Origin: a virus
Taxonomy: Duplodnaviria > Caudoviricetes
Reading direction: 5' to 3' (one strand)
IMG/VR virus record: IMGVR_UViG_3300023053_000237
Location: 1 to 35,972 of that record
DNA length: 35,972 nt
The notes below the pieces were generated by a model that worked only from the letters and a program-made list of their open reading frames with translations, searched no databases and was not told the origin of the DNA. A program made the translations under genes and the position numbers. This document shows positions 1-8,914 of the stretch, one piece after another. The stretch's first letter is position 1. The number at the start of each line of letters is the position of its first letter.

Positions 1-135
1 ATGAAAAAGCTTATTCAGTCAATTTTTTGCTATAAAACAATATCTGTTACTGATGCTTACAATGGAGCAAAGGAAAAAGCAACTTATAGTCTTTTATTCG
101 GATTGACGATTTTAATAAGATATAAAAAGTTTTAA
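1..135 (+). CDS. Small hypothetical early protein (44 aa; may extend upstream of the window)
   Basis: Manual translation MKKLIQSIFC...RYKKF*, ending just before the transposase. Confidence 0.5.
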   Translation: MKKLIQSIFCYKTISVTDAYNGAKEKATYSLLFGLTILIRYKKF

Positions 136-158
136 AAACCATTTAAACACCGTTTAAT

Positions 159-2195
159 ATGTTTGAATATTATAACAATACTCTTTGCGTAAAAGGTAAC
201 TGGCTTGCAAATACAGGTGTAGTTTCTGCCAATAGTCTGAAAGTCCTTACGCACCGAGGTCAAATAAAAAAAGCAAGAGCCGCAAGAGGTTTAGGCAGCT
301 GCGCACTTTACATTTATGCAAGTCTTCCGGAGCGTTTCAAGAATATCATTGAACACGATCTGAAAATTAATCCTTATGAACAAAAAAGCACAATCAATTT
401 TTCAGATTATCTACAATCATCTGAAATGGCTTTAGCTTATTTTTCTAACTATGAGCTTGAAGACGGAAGATATTTATCAGAAGCTAATGCCGATGTCGTT
501 GAAGAATACACAGCAAACGTAGTTGTTTTCAATGCGATTGAAAAAGTTATCGGAAAAGTAGTTTCTGCAAATCCAAAGATCAACAAAGCTGAGTTATGGC
601 AAAGAATTTCGGATTCAGTACACTCAATTAGTGATGATTTAAGAATCCGCTACCCTTTTGACCTCCCGGAAAATTCTCAGGCTTTAAGAGCAAAATATGA
701 GGCTTGTGTTTTGAACAAAACTTCAAAGCGTTATCCACGCCCCGGAATGGAAGGATTAATACACAGTAATTACTGTCACACCAATTCGTTAAAAATTACG
801 GATGAAGTAGGCGAATGGCTTATTGCTTATTATTCTTTACCAAATAAGCCAAGTGTACCGGAACTTCTACAAGTTTATGAATTTAGCAGACCATCTACAG
901 GATTCCCGAAGCTTTCAGAAAGTGGAGTTTTGAATTTCTTAATGAAACCGGAAAATGAAAGGATTTGGACTTTAGCCCGTGATGGTAAGGATGCTTGGAC
1001 TAATAAATTTGGTCATTCAATAAAAAGAGATCGTGAAACGATGTTCCCAAATTCTTGGTGGGCAATTGACGGAACTAAATTAGATGCGATCCATTATTGG
1101 GATAACTCAAATAAAATGGCTGCTCAAATGAACATCAACGTTTTAATTGATGTTTACAGTGAGAAAATACTGGGTTGGAGTTTTTCAGAGAGCGAAACGC
1201 ACGTTGACCACTTCAAGGCGGTAAGAATGGCAGTAAATACAGCTTGTGCAAAACCTTATTTGTTCACGTATGATGCCCAATCAGGACACAGATCAACAAA
1301 AATGCAGGAGTTATACAGCAAAGTTGTTGCATCGAAAGGAACTCACTATAAACATAAAGTAGGCAGGAAATCAAACCCTCTTGAGCAGGCTTTTGACAGA
1401 CTTCAACAGCAAGTTATCGGAAAACGTTGGTTTTCAGATAAACAATCAATAAAATCAAAAAGAACCCGCTCTCAAGTCAATATTGAATTTATTAAGGAAA
1501 ATAAAGGAGCATTACCAACAAAAGAGGAACTCTACAAACACTGGATTTTGATGGTTAATGAGTGGAATAGCAATAAACATGGTAGAAAAAAAGATAAAAC
1601 TCGTAATGAGGTTTACAATGAAAAAGCAACATTCCATCATGAGCTTGACCCATTAGAGCAAATTTCCATGTTCTGGCTGAACGAAACTAAACCAAAAATA
1701 TACAAAGCACATGGAATGAAGCTCACAGTTGCAGGTCAGGATTATGACTTTGAAGTTTACGACAAAAATAATGAGGTTGATATAGAATTTAGAAGAAAGT
1801 ATGTAAACGAAAAATTAATTGTTTCATACGATCCTGAATACTTAAATGAGTACATCGCACTTTACAAACTCAATGACAAAGCGCAAAAGGTTTTTGTTGG
1901 TTATGCTCAGAAGAAACGGGAACACACGCAAATCCCTGTGTTGATGAATGAGGAAACTACACAAAAGTTGAGAAAAGATATTGAAGTGAGAGATTTAGAA
2001 TATCTGAGAGATTTCCAAAGTTACCAAAAGATTGCAGAACGCACCGGAATTACACGAGAAAAACTCATAGACGAACAAAATGCAATGATTGAGGATAACT
2101 GGGAACTTAATGCAAAAATGGCAGCCTACTCCACTAAAGAAGATCAAATAAAAATAAATCGAAAATCAGTTTTCGCACAACTTAACAAAAACTAA
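159..2195 (+). CDS. MuA-like DDE transposase
   Basis: 678 aa with RNase H-fold motifs WAIDGTKLD, VLIDVYSEKILGW, FTYDAQSG and SNPLEQAF; followed by an AAA ATPase. Confidence 0.92.
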   Translation: MFEYYNNTLCVKGNWLANTGVVSANSLKVLTHRGQIKKARAARGLGSCALYIYASLPERFKNIIEHDLKINPYEQKSTINFSDYLQSSEMALAYFSNYELEDGRYLSEANADVVEEYTANVVVFNAIEKVIGKVVSANPKINKAELWQRISDSVHSISDDLRIRYPFDLPENSQALRAKYEACVLNKTSKRYPRPGMEGLIHSNYCHTNSLKITDEVGEWLIAYYSLPNKPSVPELLQVYEFSRPSTGFPKLSESGVLNFLMKPENERIWTLARDGKDAWTNKFGHSIKRDRETMFPNSWWAIDGTKLDAIHYWDNSNKMAAQMNINVLIDVYSEKILGWSFSESETHVDHFKAVRMAVNTACAKPYLFTYDAQSGHRSTKMQELYSKVVASKGTHYKHKVGRKSNPLEQAFDRLQQQVIGKRWFSDKQSIKSKRTRSQVNIEFIKENKGALPTKEELYKHWILMVNEWNSNKHGRKKDKTRNEVYNEKATFHHELDPLEQISMFWLNETKPKIYKAHGMKLTVAGQDYDFEVYDKNNEVDIEFRRKYVNEKLIVSYDPEYLNEYIALYKLNDKAQKVFVGYAQKKREHTQIPVLMNEETTQKLRKDIEVRDLEYLRDFQSYQKIAERTGITREKLIDEQNAMIEDNWELNAKMAAYSTKEDQIKINRKSVFAQLNKN

Positions 2196-2203
2196 AAAAA
2201 CAT

Positions 2204-3067
2204 ATGAACCAAAAAGAAAAAATTGCAATTGTAGACCTGTTAAGGTTGTTTATTGCACAAAAAGGAAGCCAAAACAAAGCTTCAGCAGCTTTAAAAGGTG
2301 TTTCTCCCGCTGTTATTTCTCATCTATTGAGCGGAAACTGGTCGCCATACTCTGACGAAATGTTTAGAAAATTAGGCGTTCAGATAGGCTATAATTCTCA
2401 AGAATGGCAGTTTGCACCTACAACCAACGGAGTTGATTTACTTGGATTATTGGAAGATAGCAAAACCAGTGCATTAGTTCTATCGGTTATCAGCAATGCA
2501 GGTGCAGGAAAGTCGGAAACGACAAAGAAGTTTGCAGCGGAAAATTCAAATGTTGTTAGAATAGAATGCGGTCAGTATTGGGATCGAAAGTATTTTCTTT
2601 CAGAAATACTTTTTCAATTAGGTGATAAAAACCCATCCAATAGAATTGCGGAAATGATGCGAGACATCGTAATGCGATTTAAAAAAATGGAGCAACCGCA
2701 GTTAATTATCGATGAAGTTGATAAGATTGATGATAACGTATTACTTTTCTTAATAACACTATACAACGAACTTAAAGGACATTGCTCAATAGTGATTTTA
2801 GCCACTTATTTTTTAAGAAAAAGATTCGAGAACGGGTTAAGGCTTAAAAAGAAAGGCTACGAAGAATTAAACAGCCGTTTCGGGCGTTTCTACGAGCTTG
2901 AAGATACAAACTACCAAGACATCAAAGTGCTTTGCGAAGCGAACGGGCTGAGAGACGAAAGCATCATCAAAACAATCGCTAAAAATGCCAACGGAGATTT
3001 AAGAGCGGTTTCAGACAGCATACTTGCCACAAGAATAGACGACAAAAGAAAATTATTAGCATCATGA
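2204..3067 (+). CDS. MuB-like AAA+ transposition ATPase
   Basis: N-terminal HTH-like segment, Walker A SNAGAGKS, Walker B LIIDEVD, C-terminal GDLR; directly after the transposase. Confidence 0.9.
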   Translation: MNQKEKIAIVDLLRLFIAQKGSQNKASAALKGVSPAVISHLLSGNWSPYSDEMFRKLGVQIGYNSQEWQFAPTTNGVDLLGLLEDSKTSALVLSVISNAGAGKSETTKKFAAENSNVVRIECGQYWDRKYFLSEILFQLGDKNPSNRIAEMMRDIVMRFKKMEQPQLIIDEVDKIDDNVLLFLITLYNELKGHCSIVILATYFLRKRFENGLRLKKKGYEELNSRFGRFYELEDTNYQDIKVLCEANGLRDESIIKTIAKNANGDLRAVSDSILATRIDDKRKLLAS

Positions 3068-3495
3068 CAGAATTTAGATATCATCCCGAAATCGCAGGTT
3101 TAAAGGTAAACGAAAACGGTTCAAAAATCCTGCTGAATGAAAACGAACTTCAAATCAAAATTAGAAAAAGCGGAAAGCATCCATTTAAATACATTCTATT
3201 TAAACAGCATCAAATCGGTTTAGCAAAATTGGTTTTAGAATGTTGGAACGGAATGCCACCCGAACCGAAACTCACCGCAAAGCACATCAACGGAGATCAC
3301 GAAAATTATCATTATACCAATCTCCACTGGAATGCAAACGGAGGCAATGCGAAATATCCTTCAAAAATCAGCCCCGAACAGAAAAAAGAGATTCTTAAAA
3401 AAGTTGCAGAAGGAAAAGGAGATTCAGAAATCGCCAAAGAATACGGAGTAACGAGAAACGCAATTTTTAACCTCAGAAAAAAACAAGAGAAATAA
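3064..3495 (+). CDS. Degenerate HNH-like domain fused to a C-terminal HTH
   Basis: KHINGDHENYHYTNLHW resembles the HNH_3 motif; SEIAKEYGVTRNAIFNL is HTH-like; ATGA overlap with the ATPase gene. Confidence 0.65.
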   Translation: MTEFRYHPEIAGLKVNENGSKILLNENELQIKIRKSGKHPFKYILFKQHQIGLAKLVLECWNGMPPEPKLTAKHINGDHENYHYTNLHWNANGGNAKYPSKISPEQKKEILKKVAEGKGDSEIAKEYGVTRNAIFNLRKKQEK

Positions 3496-3496
3496 C

Positions 3497-4126
3497 ATGG
3501 CAAACGACTTCTTTTCTGTCGATGAAATTGAAAGCACAAAGTTTAAAGAATTTGATTTTACTGGCAAATGGGAAGCTTCATTCGGGAAACCTGCAATGTC
3601 AGGCGTTTGGATTATTTACGGAAAATCATTTAACGGAAAATCATCATTAATGATGCAGTTAGCAAAGCAATTTACAGGCTTTGTAAAAAACAAAGTTCTT
3701 ATTAATTCTTTGGAAGAAGGAAAGGTAAAATCATTTAAGCTCAATGTTGCTCGATCAGGTATCAATGCCGTAAAAGATAAAGTGCTGTTTGGGAATAGAG
3801 TATCAATGGAAAAGGTTTGCGAAAGATTAAATAAGCAGCGAAGCCCGGAAGTTATTTTCATTGATTCATTACAGTATGCCAACATGAACAAGAGTTCTTT
3901 TGAAAAACTAAAAAAAGATTTTCCTCACAAACTTTGGGTTTTCATTTCTCAAGCCGATAAATCAGGTGAACCGAAAGGTTCTTTAGCTGAAGCAATAAAA
4001 TATGATGCTGATGTAAAAATAAAGGTTGAAGGTTTTAAAGCATTTCCCGAAAGCCGTTTCGGAGGTGGTGAAGAATTCATCATAGACCCCGAAAGAGCAG
4101 CTAAATATCACGCAAAAATTAAATAA
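3497..4126 (+). CDS. Second P-loop ATPase (RecA/Sms-like)
   Basis: Walker A GKSFNGKS, Walker B IFIDS, C-terminal SRF. Confidence 0.8.
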   Translation: MANDFFSVDEIESTKFKEFDFTGKWEASFGKPAMSGVWIIYGKSFNGKSSLMMQLAKQFTGFVKNKVLINSLEEGKVKSFKLNVARSGINAVKDKVLFGNRVSMEKVCERLNKQRSPEVIFIDSLQYANMNKSSFEKLKKDFPHKLWVFISQADKSGEPKGSLAEAIKYDADVKIKVEGFKAFPESRFGGGEEFIIDPERAAKYHAKIK

Positions 4127-4132
4127 CACACA

Positions 4133-4357
4133 ATGACCTATACAGAAAGCGAAAGATTTGAAAAACTCACCATAGCACTGCAATATGACAGTTATGGAGA
4201 AAAATACCTCACAGCATTTGACCGGATTTTAATCCATCAGGAACGTAGCGCACTCATTAACTCACAGAGTTACCAATTACCTGCTGATGTTGAAGAAAAA
4301 ATAAAGACAAAACTAATTTTTATTAAATCTAAAAACTGGGAAGCTCCCGAAATGTAA
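4133..4357 (+). CDS. Hypothetical phage protein
   Basis: 74-aa ORF tightly packed in the early operon. Confidence 0.65.
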   Translation: MTYTESERFEKLTIALQYDSYGEKYLTAFDRILIHQERSALINSQSYQLPADVEEKIKTKLIFIKSKNWEAPEM

Positions 4358-4358
4358 T

Positions 4359-4574
4359 ATGGACGAAAATCAATTAAACTCTTTTACAGACAACCTTCTT
4401 AACACATTTACACAAAAAGCAGGTTCGGGAAAAATATCAGAAATGATTATTGGATTTAACGAAGTGAAAGAAATTCTGAAAAATGAATTATCAAAAGAAT
4501 TTAAAAAAGGCTATGACACTGCTGTAAGAGAAATCAAGGCTACAAGTATTATTAAGCAACAAAAGGAAAATTAA
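4359..4574 (+). CDS. Hypothetical phage protein
   Basis: 71-aa ORF starting 1 bp after the previous stop. Confidence 0.65.
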   Translation: MDENQLNSFTDNLLNTFTQKAGSGKISEMIIGFNEVKEILKNELSKEFKKGYDTAVREIKATSIIKQQKEN

Positions 4575-4576
4575 TC

Positions 4577-4738
4577 ATGTCTGAAATAACTGAGGAACAA
4601 TTGGAGAAAATGATATCCGACCTCAAAGAGCAGTTGAGATACACTAATGACGACACCATTTGCGATGAGCTTATTGCAGAAATCAAATTCAGAGAAACCG
4701 AACTAAAACAATTAACAATACAAAACAAAACATTATGA
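4577..4738 (+). CDS. Small acidic helical protein (53 aa), absent from the ORF track
   Basis: Manual translation MSEITEEQLEKMISDLKEQL...NKTL*; fills the gap and overlaps the next ATG (ATGA). Confidence 0.7.
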   Translation: MSEITEEQLEKMISDLKEQLRYTNDDTICDELIAEIKFRETELKQLTIQNKTL

Positions 4739-4983
4739 ACAGAGAAACTTTTGAAAAACAGCTAAGAGAATTATTTTCCGGTGAAAAACTATATCTCTCT
4801 TGGGTTGACGAAACAAATGCAGCAATAATCAAATTTCACAGAAGGTTAACGAGGTTAGAAATTGGTCACTTATTCTCTTTGGGAGTTGAAGGAATTTCCG
4901 GAACAAACGACGGGCTTTTAATCGCATTTCTTTTAGATAAAGCATCATTAAACAACATCTACTCACCTCAAATTATTAAATAA
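4735..4983 (+). CDS. Hypothetical phage protein
   Basis: 82-aa ORF, translationally coupled to the previous one. Confidence 0.65.
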   Translation: MNRETFEKQLRELFSGEKLYLSWVDETNAAIIKFHRRLTRLEIGHLFSLGVEGISGTNDGLLIAFLLDKASLNNIYSPQIIK

Positions 4984-4987
4984 AATT

Positions 4988-5650
4988 ATGACAACAATAG
5001 ACATTAACACACTTTCTCCTGAAGAAAAAAAGAGAATTGCAAAAGAACTCAGGAACGATATTAAAGCCGCCAAAACAAAACGTGATGAAGATTTAAAGAG
5101 CTTCAAAGAATTATCAACAGATTTCGTCAATAAACACATTGATCCGTTGGTTCACCATCACGAAATAACGGGAATGCTGATCGAAAAACTTTGGAATGAT
5201 TATAAACCTTTACAAGCCATTAAAAAGCAGGTTTACGGGGTTAAAATAGATAATCAAGACAGCCACACCTCAACATTAGAGGACGGTTCGGCAAGTATAA
5301 CGATTGGCTATAATGTGACCATCGGTTTTGATGGTACGGAAAACGCAGGCGTAGAAAAAATAAAAGATTTCCTAAAGTCGCTTTCAAACGATGAAGACAA
5401 TGTAAAGAAACTATCATCAGCGGTTAACACATTTTTAAAGCCAAATGCTAAAACAGGGATGCTTAACCCGGCAAAGATTATTGAGCTGTCAAAGCTTCGA
5501 TCTGAGTTTAACGATGAACGTTTCGATGATGGTTTAGAAATAATAATGAAAGCACAACAACGCAGACAAAACAGCATGTATGTAAGCGGTTGGAAATTCA
5601 TTGAGATTGACGGATTACCAAGAAAATTAGAATTCAGATTTACAATTTAA
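4988..5650 (+). CDS. DUF3164-like protein of Mu-like phages
   Basis: Motifs QDSHT, ITIGY..IGFDGTENAGVEKIK and F.D.RF.DG..II; typical position in the early operon. Confidence 0.7.
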   Translation: MTTIDINTLSPEEKKRIAKELRNDIKAAKTKRDEDLKSFKELSTDFVNKHIDPLVHHHEITGMLIEKLWNDYKPLQAIKKQVYGVKIDNQDSHTSTLEDGSASITIGYNVTIGFDGTENAGVEKIKDFLKSLSNDEDNVKKLSSAVNTFLKPNAKTGMLNPAKIIELSKLRSEFNDERFDDGLEIIMKAQQRRQNSMYVSGWKFIEIDGLPRKLEFRFTI

Positions 5651-6496
5651 ATGAAATATTTATTAGTAAATGTAAGTGGTGGTAGATCATCAGCAATGAT
5701 GGCACGACATATTCAAATCAACGAAAAGTATAAGGATTTTCAAAAGTTATTTGTATTCTGTAATACAGGCTTAGAACGCCCGGAAACAATCCAATTTTTA
5801 AAAGATCAGATGAATTATTGGAATCTGCCACTTTACATGATTGAAGGTGTTTATTCACTTAAAAAAGGTGTAGGTGTAAGGTCAAAATTGGTTGATTTCG
5901 ACACTATGGATATGACTGGAAAACCATTTTCACAAGCTATTGAACAGTTAAACAAAAATGAAAGGGTTGGAGTACCAAATGAAGCTATTCCATATTGCTC
6001 AGATTACCTTAAAAAAAGAGCTTCTCATCATTTTGCAAAAAAAGTTTTTAGGACAACAAAATATTTATCTGCAATTGGGTTCCGTCTTGAAGATATGCCA
6101 AAAAGAGTTACATGGAAAGAAGTAAAAAAAGAGAAAAAAAGAATCTTTCCACTTCTCACAGATTTTGGTAATGCAATTAATCAATTTGACTTAAACGTTT
6201 TTTTTCAAAATGAAAAATTCAAATTAGAAATTCATTCAAGACTTGGTAATTGCGCCTACTGTCAAAAAAAATCCGACAGAAATTTAATTGAAGCAATACA
6301 GTTTGATTTAAGAAAACAAGACTTTAAATACATTGACTGGTATAGAAAAGAAGAGCAAAAATATGGTAACCGTTTCTTTAGAGGAAATCTTTCGATAGAT
6401 GATATAGTCAAAACCGCTCAATGTGCATTAGATGATGGAACTCAATTAGAAATGTTTTCAGATATCGGAGAAGCTTGTATGTGTAGTTCTTATTAA
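5651..6496 (+). CDS. PAPS-reductase-family (PP-loop) protein
   Basis: SGGRSS PP-loop, FCNTGLE, YCSDYLK and GNCAYC Cys motifs. Confidence 0.8.
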   Translation: MKYLLVNVSGGRSSAMMARHIQINEKYKDFQKLFVFCNTGLERPETIQFLKDQMNYWNLPLYMIEGVYSLKKGVGVRSKLVDFDTMDMTGKPFSQAIEQLNKNERVGVPNEAIPYCSDYLKKRASHHFAKKVFRTTKYLSAIGFRLEDMPKRVTWKEVKKEKKRIFPLLTDFGNAINQFDLNVFFQNEKFKLEIHSRLGNCAYCQKKSDRNLIEAIQFDLRKQDFKYIDWYRKEEQKYGNRFFRGNLSIDDIVKTAQCALDDGTQLEMFSDIGEACMCSSY

Positions 6497-6515
6497 TACA
6501 AAAAATAACAAACAA

Positions 6516-6932
6516 ATGGCAACACTTAAAAAATTAATGACACTCATGTCAAAAGAAGGTGTGACGGAACAAAGAGCCGAAATAATCAACGCTTTCACTC
6601 ATGGTCGCACTGATTCTGCAAGAAATCTAAATCCACAGGAAATAGACAAGCTTTGCGAGTTTTACGAAAGGAATTCTAAAGAAGCATTAAATAAAAAACG
6701 CAAACGTGTGATAGCAGCGATTTTCGGAATGTTCAAGAAAATGAACAAATCTGTAAACATCGATTATGTGAAATCAATTGCTTGTAGAGCTTCAAAGTAT
6801 AAGAAATTTAACGATATCCCCTCTACTCGCTTAGACAGTCTTTACAATGCATTTTTAAACGCTCAAAAAGATTTGCATTTCGCAGGTAGATTGGTTGAAG
6901 GATATATCTCGGAGCAACAAAATTATAATTAA
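6516..6932 (+). CDS. Hypothetical basic protein, possibly Mu GemA/gp16-like regulator
   Basis: 138 aa, T.GRTDS...L motif, basic helical character; the family call is tentative. Confidence 0.45.
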   Translation: MATLKKLMTLMSKEGVTEQRAEIINAFTHGRTDSARNLNPQEIDKLCEFYERNSKEALNKKRKRVIAAIFGMFKKMNKSVNIDYVKSIACRASKYKKFNDIPSTRLDSLYNAFLNAQKDLHFAGRLVEGYISEQQNYN

Positions 6933-6939
6933 AAATACT

Positions 6940-7944
6940 ATGAAAATTATAGCGCACAAAGTAGGAAATAAAATTCTTGGTGAAAGTTTAAACCTTTCGG
7001 ATCAAGAATTAAACTTAAGTGAAGGTGTAGCAGAAATACTGCAAAACTATTTTTTAGGGGCTTTTAAAACAGAAGAAACTTATCAGTTTTATGCTGAATC
7101 TTATTTAGAAAATAATCCGATTTACAAAGCTGTAAGCGGTCTTTTTAATTCAGAGCCGAGTTTACTCGGATGGTCAAAAAATATTGCAAGAATTTTATAT
7201 GATGCTGCCGAAAATCCACGAATTCAGGGAGGCGATTTATTTGTCGTTTTATTTCCTAAAGAACATGAAAACGATGTTGATAAAATCGGAATTTTCAAAA
7301 TAGAGAAAAAAGAAAATTTCCTAAAAAACATCCCGTACAACGGAAATGATTTCAATTATGATACTGATCAGGGATTCAGTCTTCAAAAAATAGACAAAGC
7401 CGCTTTGATCTACGAAAAAGATAAAGAATCAGGATATGTTTTACAGGTTGTAGATAATAACAAAAACGGTGATATGTATTACTGGTTTGAGGACTTCTTA
7501 AAAGTAATACAGCGTGAAGATGATTACTACCATACTCAGGAATCAATGACAATCATTAAAGATTACTTAAAAAAACAGCTTCCTGAAGAGTTTGAAGTTT
7601 CAAAAGCAGATCAGGCGAATTTACTTAATAAAGCCGTGCAGTATTTCCAAGAAAAAGAAGAGTTTAACCTCGAAGAATTTGGAAATGAAGTTTTAGAACA
7701 GGAAGAAATAATCAACAGCTTTAATGAGTTTAAAACCGATTATGAACAGGATATGACAATAAATGTAGCTGAAGAATTTTCGATTAATAATTCAGCCGTA
7801 AAGAAGTCGCAAAAGCACTTTAAAAGCATTATTAAGTTAGATAAAAACTTTCACCTTTATATTCATGGAGATAAAAAGCTTTTAGAGAAAGGTGCTGACG
7901 AAAAAGGCAATTTTTACAAGGTTTATTTTGAAAAGGAAAGCTAA
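6940..7944 (+). CDS. Nucleoid-associated protein (YejK/NdpA-like)
   Basis: HKVGNK, IGIFKIE, YWFEDFL and IKLDKNFHLYIHG motifs; start moved to ATG 6940 to avoid overlap. Confidence 0.7.
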   Translation: MKIIAHKVGNKILGESLNLSDQELNLSEGVAEILQNYFLGAFKTEETYQFYAESYLENNPIYKAVSGLFNSEPSLLGWSKNIARILYDAAENPRIQGGDLFVVLFPKEHENDVDKIGIFKIEKKENFLKNIPYNGNDFNYDTDQGFSLQKIDKAALIYEKDKESGYVLQVVDNNKNGDMYYWFEDFLKVIQREDDYYHTQESMTIIKDYLKKQLPEEFEVSKADQANLLNKAVQYFQEKEEFNLEEFGNEVLEQEEIINSFNEFKTDYEQDMTINVAEEFSINNSAVKKSQKHFKSIIKLDKNFHLYIHGDKKLLEKGADEKGNFYKVYFEKES

Positions 7945-7946
7945 TT

Positions 7947-8186
7947 ATGGAAATGCCAACCCCTTGCAATTGCGGTGAATGGTTCGATTTACATGACGGT
8001 TTTCCGAGCCGAAAACAGAATAGAACCATTTGCGAAGATTGTCACGAAAACGAACTTGAAATCGAAGATTTGGAAGACGAAATCGAAGATTTAGAAAACT
8101 GGATTGCTGACGGCGAAAATGTCCGAGAGAATAAAAAGCAACTTAAACAACTTAAAGCAAAATTGGAAAAACTGAAAAATGAATAA
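7947..8186 (+). CDS. Small Zn-finger plus acidic coiled-coil protein
   Basis: CNC...CEDC followed by heptad repeats (EIEDLED/EIEDLEN). Confidence 0.65.
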   Translation: MEMPTPCNCGEWFDLHDGFPSRKQNRTICEDCHENELEIEDLEDEIEDLENWIADGENVRENKKQLKQLKAKLEKLKNE

Positions 8187-8532
8187 AATTAAACAATTAC
8201 TTAAAAAGCTTGTTAGATGGGCTTTACAAGATGAAATTAATAAGTTAAATATTTATACAAATGAAAACTATGCCATGTATAAAAAACTTAACGGAATGCT
8301 TGAAAACATTGATGCAAGCGTAGATTATCATCATCAATATGGAGCAAGTTGGGCTGTAATTTCTTTACAGGGTAAGACATTCGATTATATAAAATTTGTA
8401 GACCTCGGAAATAGTGACATTATGGAAATACAAAGATTTTTAAGGCGATATGATAGAACTAAAGTAGATGCAGCACCTTCAGAATCAGCCTTTTTAAGAA
8501 TTAGAAAGGGAGACAATAACAGATTTTTTTAA
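8179..8532 (+). CDS. Hypothetical phage protein
   Basis: 117-aa ORF overlapping the previous stop. Confidence 0.65.
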   Translation: MNKIKQLLKKLVRWALQDEINKLNIYTNENYAMYKKLNGMLENIDASVDYHHQYGASWAVISLQGKTFDYIKFVDLGNSDIMEIQRFLRRYDRTKVDAAPSESAFLRIRKGDNNRFF

Positions 8533-8536
8533 TAAA

Positions 8537-8914
8537 ATGGAAGAAATAGTAAGCCCTGAAATGGAAATCCTCAATCTATTTAATCAAATAACAGGACATA
8601 AACATCGAGGCGGAAAATCAAATTTAGCAGGAATTAAAAGAGTTTTAAAAGAAGGTTACACAGTAAAAGAAATTCAGGAAGTAATTCAGCTAAAAACGAT
8701 TCAGTGGAAAAAAAATGTTGAAATGTGTGACAATCTAAACCCAGTCACCATTTTTAGAGAAAAGAACTTTGATAAATACATTAATCAGGTTCTTAATGTT
8801 AAAGAAAATCCTAAAATGTATGCAGAACACTTCGCAGCAATTAATAAAGTCAACACCGGAAACAACACTTCCGGAGCGTTCGACAAAATTGATGCAATGT
8901 TTGGTAAGCGATGA
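8537..8914 (+). CDS. Conserved phage C-terminal domain protein (Phg_2220_C-like, replication-initiator associated)
   Basis: LNLFNQITG...LKEGYT...VIQLK..QW...LNPVTIF...FDKYINQ pattern. Confidence 0.7.
   Translation: MEEIVSPEMEILNLFNQITGHKHRGGKSNLAGIKRVLKEGYTVKEIQEVIQLKTIQWKKNVEMCDNLNPVTIFREKNFDKYINQVLNVKENPKMYAEHFAAINKVNTGNNTSGAFDKIDAMFGKR

Noticed and set aside
8058-8099. 21-bp tandem duplication (also a 9-bp duplication near 32568-32590)
   Set aside because: In-frame coding repeats (coiled-coil heptad; SNA-SNA), not regulatory arrays.
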